Below are positions 28,796 to 32,000 of a stretch of DNA of 32,000 bases, one piece after another. This stretch comes from Trichodesmium erythraeum IMS101 (GTDB lineage: Bacteria > Cyanobacteriota > Cyanobacteriia > Cyanobacteriales > Microcoleaceae): NCBI RefSeq assembly GCF_000014265.1, contig NC_008312.1, positions 3,450,001 to 3,482,000 of the forward strand, given 5' to 3'. Numbering within the stretch: position 1 is the first letter of the stretch; every line of letters begins with the position of its first letter. The translations under genes were made by a program, and so were the position numbers. Under the pieces are notes generated by a model. It was not told the DNA's origin and searched no databases. It saw nothing but the letters and a program-made list of their open reading frames with translations.

Positions 28796-30325
28796 TTAAA
28801 ATTGATTAAAAGCAGGAATGTTGATTGGTTTGCGGTCATTACAATCACATAAAATTCTTAAATGGTAACCTAAAGATTCTGTTTTAGAACTATCAGCAAT
28901 AGCCAGGTCTGTTTTACGAATATCAAAAATTTGTGTATATAATTGATTAACATCTGACAAATTTTCTAATTCTATTAAATGATTGAGCTTATCTATTAAA
29001 GATTGATAATGGGAATCATTTAAATTATCCCTTTGATTTTTCCTTTTTATCCATAGACATAAAGGAACTCCCTTTTCTAAAATAACTTCAAATAAATTAA
29101 ATGCTTTATTATTTCCTTTAGGTAAACCACAGGATATTTTCAGGATAATTTTATCCTCTAATTTATTTCCTAGCTGTTTTCTTTTTTGTGGGTTAGACAA
29201 GAATTCATTTAATTTATCTTCCACTTCAAAAGCTAAAATATTATTTGATATAACTGGTTTTTTCTCCATAATTTTCCAGTTTTTTTTGCAACAGTTTAGC
29301 CAACTAGTTTTACCTGGTTGTAATCGTTCTAAAGAGCGTAAAATTACAGGATATTCTTCACAAATAGCTTTTTGTTTTGCTTTTAAAGCACTAGGAATTT
29401 TAAACTCAAAATCTTTAATAAAAAGTTCTCTCTTTAAAAATAGCTCAAGTTTTAAATCATAAGTTTTATTTTGTTGCACTAGTTTACGCAAATATACCTC
29501 TTGAACCTGCTCAATGAATTTATAAATAATATTAGGAATTTGCTTTTCTGAATATCCATTTTCCTCAAAATCTTCTTTCTTCAGCTCAACTTGAATATTT
29601 TTAGTATGACCCCAGTTTTCAATAAACTCACCTTGAACATTAAATGTTTTTTTATGATTTTTAATCTGACTTCCCATAGGAAAAATAGTTATCAAAAGAT
29701 AGCTTTGGAGATCAGATGGTTTGTCTTTTTTATCAGGAATATTTATATCTGAGCAATTTGTTTCTATCCATTTTCTCAATCTTTGCTTGAGATAATCTCT
29801 AATATCTTCAGCATTCAAAATTTTAACTAAATATTGTTCTACAAAATCTATGAACTTTGGATCATAGTAAAAATAAAAACTATCTCTATCACTAAAAAGC
29901 AAACCATTACCATTTTTTTCAGTTTTTTCAGTTTCTTCAGTTAACTCTAATAAATGCTCTTCTAATTTATCTATATTTTCAAAGTCCCCAAAAAAAATCC
30001 CAAAATTTTGGTTTTCTGAAAAAATTTTTTTTAGTAAAAAAATAAGAGTAGAAAGTTGTGAATATGTTTGGTAAAGTTCTTCAATTAATGGATAGTCCTC
30101 ACTAACAATTTTAACAAAATCAACAATAAGTTCTGTATTATTTAGCTCAATGATTAAATTAATCAACCTTGTATGATAGGTATCTCCTTTAATTTTATTA
30201 TAAAAATTAGCTCCAAATTTCTCTGGATATTCAGAAAATATACTTGTCAGTTTATCCTCACTTAATACCTTTTCAATCTCTTCACGAAATTTGATTCTTT
30301 GCTTATCAGTAAATTTCATTTGCAA
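28796..30325 (-). CDS. EAD-like (Death-like effector-associated domain) N-terminal module fused to a VMAP-like (vWA-MoxR-associated protein) body
   Basis: 509 aa. The first ~77 aa are about 85-90% identical to the upstream 85-aa ORFs. The remainder is K/E/I/L-rich with no catalytic motif I recognise. The segment LELFLKRELFIKDFEFKIP...EEYPVILRSLERL resembles, from memory, the VMAP C-terminal domain core. Its position directly upstream of the MoxR and vWA genes fits the family. The track start at 30325 is TTG; an ATG lies 6 nt downstream at 30319. Confidence 0.6.
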   Translation of the reverse strand: MQMKFTDKQRIKFREEIEKVLSEDKLTSIFSEYPEKFGANFYNKIKGDTYHTRLINLIIELNNTELIVDFVKIVSEDYPLIEELYQTYSQLSTLIFLLKKIFSENQNFGIFFGDFENIDKLEEHLLELTEETEKTEKNGNGLLFSDRDSFYFYYDPKFIDFVEQYLVKILNAEDIRDYLKQRLRKWIETNCSDINIPDKKDKPSDLQSYLLITIFPMGSQIKNHKKTFNVQGEFIENWGHTKNIQVELKKEDFEENGYSEKQIPNIIYKFIEQVQEVYLRKLVQQNKTYDLKLELFLKRELFIKDFEFKIPSALKAKQKAICEEYPVILRSLERLQPGKTSWLNCCKKNWKIMEKKPVISNNILAFEVEDKLNEFLSNPQKRKQLGNKLEDKIILKISCGLPKGNNKAFNLFEVILEKGVPLCLWIKRKNQRDNLNDSHYQSLIDKLNHLIELENLSDVNQLYTQIFDIRKTDLAIADSSKTESLGYHLRILCDCNDRKPINIPAFNQF

Positions 30326-30354
30326 TGTACTTACATTACTATTTTATCTACTAT

Positions 30355-30612
30355 TTATAAATCTTGAGCAAAATTATGATACTCATACCTAACAACTTTA
30401 ATAAAATCAAAAATAAGTTCTCTATTATTTAGCTCAATGATTAAATTAATCAACCTTGTACGATAGTCACCTCCTGGAATTTGATTATAAAAATTAGCTC
30501 CAAATTTCTCTGGATATTCAGAAAATATACTTGTCAGTTTATCCTCACTTAATACCCTTTCAATCTCTTCACGAAATTTGATTCTTTGCTTATCAGTAAA
30601 TTTCATTTGCAA
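30355..30612 (-). CDS. Stand-alone EAD-like module, array unit A (allele ...GANFYNQIPGGDY...)
   Basis: 85-codon ORF. The track start is TTG and the ATG 6 nt downstream (30606) would give 83 aa. The helical pattern FTDKQRIKFREEIERVLSEDKLTSIF...RTRLINLIIELNNRELIFDFIKVV fits the EAD1-like L..Q...L...L...F....L..ml....L.......(loop)....v..Li.....g....L layout. Confidence 0.6.
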   Translation of the reverse strand: MQMKFTDKQRIKFREEIERVLSEDKLTSIFSEYPEKFGANFYNQIPGGDYRTRLINLIIELNNRELIFDFIKVVRYEYHNFAQDL

Positions 30613-30641
30613 TGTACTTACATTACTATTTTATCTACTAT

Positions 30642-30899
30642 TTATAAATCTTGAGCAAAATTATGATACTCATACCTAACAACTTTAATAAAATCAAAAA
30701 TAAGTTCTCTATTATTTAGCTCAATGATTAAATTAATCAACCTTGTACGATAGTTATCTCCAGAAATTTGATTATAAAAATTATCTCCAAATTTCTCTGG
30801 ATATTCAGAAAATATACTTGTCAGTTTATCCTCACTTAATACCCTTTCAATCTCTTCACGAAATTTGATTCTTTGCTTATCAGTAAATTTCATTTGCAA
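30642..30899 (-). CDS. Stand-alone EAD-like module, array unit B (allele ...GDNFYNQISGDNY...)
   Basis: Starts exactly 287 bp from unit A. It is identical to unit A except for the 11-nt patch at 30754-30764 and the A/D codon at 30784. Confidence 0.6.
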   Translation of the reverse strand: MQMKFTDKQRIKFREEIERVLSEDKLTSIFSEYPEKFGDNFYNQISGDNYRTRLINLIIELNNRELIFDFIKVVRYEYHNFAQDL

Positions 30900-30928
30900 T
30901 GTACTTACATTACTATTTTATCTACTAT

Positions 30929-31186
30929 TTATAAATCTTGAGCAAAATTATGATACTCATACCTAACAACTTTAATAAAATCAAAAATAAGTTCTCTATT
31001 ATTTAGCTCAATGATTAAATTAATCAACCTTGTACGATAGTCACCTCCTGGAATTTGATTATAAAAATTATCTCCAAATTTCTCTGGATATTCAGAAAAT
31101 ATACTTGTCAGTTTATCCTCACTTAATACCCTTTCAATCTCTTCACGAAATTTGATTCTTTGCTTATCAGTAAATTTCATTTGCAA
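30929..31186 (-). CDS. Stand-alone EAD-like module, array unit C (allele ...GDNFYNQIPGGDY...)
   Basis: Starts exactly 287 bp from unit B, with the same ORF structure. Confidence 0.6.
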   Translation of the reverse strand: MQMKFTDKQRIKFREEIERVLSEDKLTSIFSEYPEKFGDNFYNQIPGGDYRTRLINLIIELNNRELIFDFIKVVRYEYHNFAQDL

Positions 31187-31215
31187 TGTACTTACATTAC
31201 TATTTTATCTACTAT

Positions 31216-31473
31216 TTATAAATCTTGAGCAAAATTATGATACTCATACCTAACAACTTTAATAAAATCAAAAATAAGTTCTCTATTATTGAGCTCAATG
31301 ATTAAATTAATCAACCTTGTACGATAGTCACCTCCTGGAATTTGATTATAAAAATTATCTCCAAATTTCTCTGGATATTCAGAAAATATACTTGTCAGTT
31401 TATCCTCACTTAATACCCTTTCAATCTCTTCACGAAATTTGATTCTTTGCTTATCAGTAAATTTCATTTGCAA
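31216..31473 (-). CDS. Stand-alone EAD-like module, array unit D (protein identical to unit C)
   Basis: Starts exactly 287 bp from unit C. It differs from unit C only by a synonymous T-to-G change at 31291. Confidence 0.6.
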   Translation of the reverse strand: MQMKFTDKQRIKFREEIERVLSEDKLTSIFSEYPEKFGDNFYNQIPGGDYRTRLINLIIELNNRELIFDFIKVVRYEYHNFAQDL

Positions 31474-31502
31474 TGTACTTACATTACTATTTTATCTACT
31501 AT

Positions 31503-31760
31503 TTATAAATCTTGAGCAAAATTATGATACTCATACCTAACAACTTTAATAAAATCAAAAATAAGTTCTCTATTATTGAGCTCAATGATTAAATTAATCA
31601 ACCTTGTACGATAGTTATTTCCAGAAATTTGATTATAAAAATTATCTCCAAATTTCTCTGGATATTCAGAAAATATACTTGTCAGTTTATCCTCACTTAA
31701 TACCCTTTCAATCTCTTCACGAAATTTGATTCTTTGCTTATCAGTAAATTTCATTTGCAA
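31503..31760 (-). CDS. Stand-alone EAD-like module, array unit E (allele ...GDNFYNQISGNNY...)
   Basis: Starts exactly 287 bp from unit D. The patch at 31615-31625 carries a third allele. Confidence 0.6.
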   Translation of the reverse strand: MQMKFTDKQRIKFREEIERVLSEDKLTSIFSEYPEKFGDNFYNQISGNNYRTRLINLIIELNNRELIFDFIKVVRYEYHNFAQDL

Positions 31761-31789
31761 TGTACTTACATTACTATTTTATCTACTAT

Positions 31790-32000
31790 TTATAAATCTT
31801 GAGCAAAATTATGATACTCATACCTAACAACTTTAATAAAATCAAAAATAAGTTCTCTATTATTTAGCTCAATGATTAAATTAATCAACCTTGTACGATA
31901 GTCACCTCCTGGAATTTGATTATAAAAATTATCTCCAAATTTCTCTGGATATTCAGAAAATATACTTGTCAGTTTATCCTCACTTAATACCCTTTCAATC
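31790..32000 (-). CDS. Stand-alone EAD-like module, array unit F (5' end cut by the window edge)
   Basis: The stop codon at 31790-31792 is exactly 287 bp from unit E's. The sequence through 32000 matches unit C, and the ORF continues past the window end. Confidence 0.55.
   Translation of the reverse strand, partial: IERVLSEDKLTSIFSEYPEKFGDNFYNQIPGGDYRTRLINLIIELNNRELIFDFIKVVRYEYHNFAQDL

Larger units (their letters stand above)
30094..32000 (-). repeat. 287-bp-period head-to-tail gene array (29-nt leader + 258-nt ORF), seeded by the 5' end of the 509-aa gene and continuing off the window
   Basis: Unit boundaries fall at 30355, 30642, 30929, 31216, 31503 and 31790. The 29-nt spacer (plus strand TGCAATGTACTTACATTACTATTTTATCTACTA-like) is identical in every unit and also precedes the 509-aa gene (30326-30354). 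Confidence 0.95.

Noticed and set aside
30179-31912. Diversity-generating retroelement (DGR) as the source of the hypervariable patch
   Set aside because: The window has no reverse transcriptase gene and no template/variable repeat pair with adenine-specific substitutions. The differences are mixed C/T, T/A and G/A changes on the plus strand and form only three discrete alleles. Patchy gene conversion or selection fits better.
30355-32000. A perfectly periodic repeat array that might be mistaken for a CRISPR array
   Set aside because: The period is 287 bp, against about 60-75 bp for CRISPR. There are no unique spacers, since the whole unit repeats. Each unit is an intact ORF with its own start and stop, and no cas genes are in the window.
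1-32000. tRNA, rRNA, tmRNA and SRP RNA genes
   Set aside because: I scanned by eye for T-loop GGTTCGAATCC-like strings, the tmRNA 5' GGGGCUG motif and the SRP GGAAGCAGCCA motif and found none. The only structured RNA gene recognised is rnpB.

Overview
This is an AT-rich chromosomal segment (roughly one third G+C by eye) from a cyanobacterium. The HIP1 palindrome GCGATCGC occurs at least 17 times. A cyanobacterial-type RNase P RNA, thiG, a Psb34-like mini-ORF, TPR/LRR/WD40 solenoid proteins and unusually long non-coding gaps point to a filamentous marine form such as Trichodesmium; that assignment is inference only.

Bases 1-23200 hold mostly ordinary genes: an AAA+ ATPase (5' partial), a Gfo/Idh/MocA oxidoreductase, a sensor histidine kinase, a HemY-type protoporphyrinogen oxidase, a TPR protein, thiG, rnpB, an LpxB-related glycosyltransferase, an LRR protein, a VanX-like dipeptidase, a DM13 protein, a WD40 protein and a ferric-reductase-like membrane protein. 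Interspersed are gene relics (a TnpB tail, a decayed response-regulator receiver, a decayed copy of a small membrane-protein gene) and a helically phased array of DnaA-box-like 9-mers in a 1.1-kb AT-rich spacer.

The standout is the minus-strand block 23878-32000. It encodes a three-gene vWA / MoxR-like AAA+ / VMAP-like operon of the computationally predicted vWA-MoxR-VMAP conflict-system type. Its vWA protein ends in two tandem FGE-sulfatase domains. Upstream sits a perfectly periodic 287-bp head-to-tail array of at least six near-identical 85-codon genes. Each encodes only the Death-like effector-associated (EAD-like) N-terminal module of the VMAP-like protein. Almost all differences between copies fall in one 11-nt patch, and the array runs off the right edge of the window.

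All family assignments come from motif recognition by eye; no searches were run.
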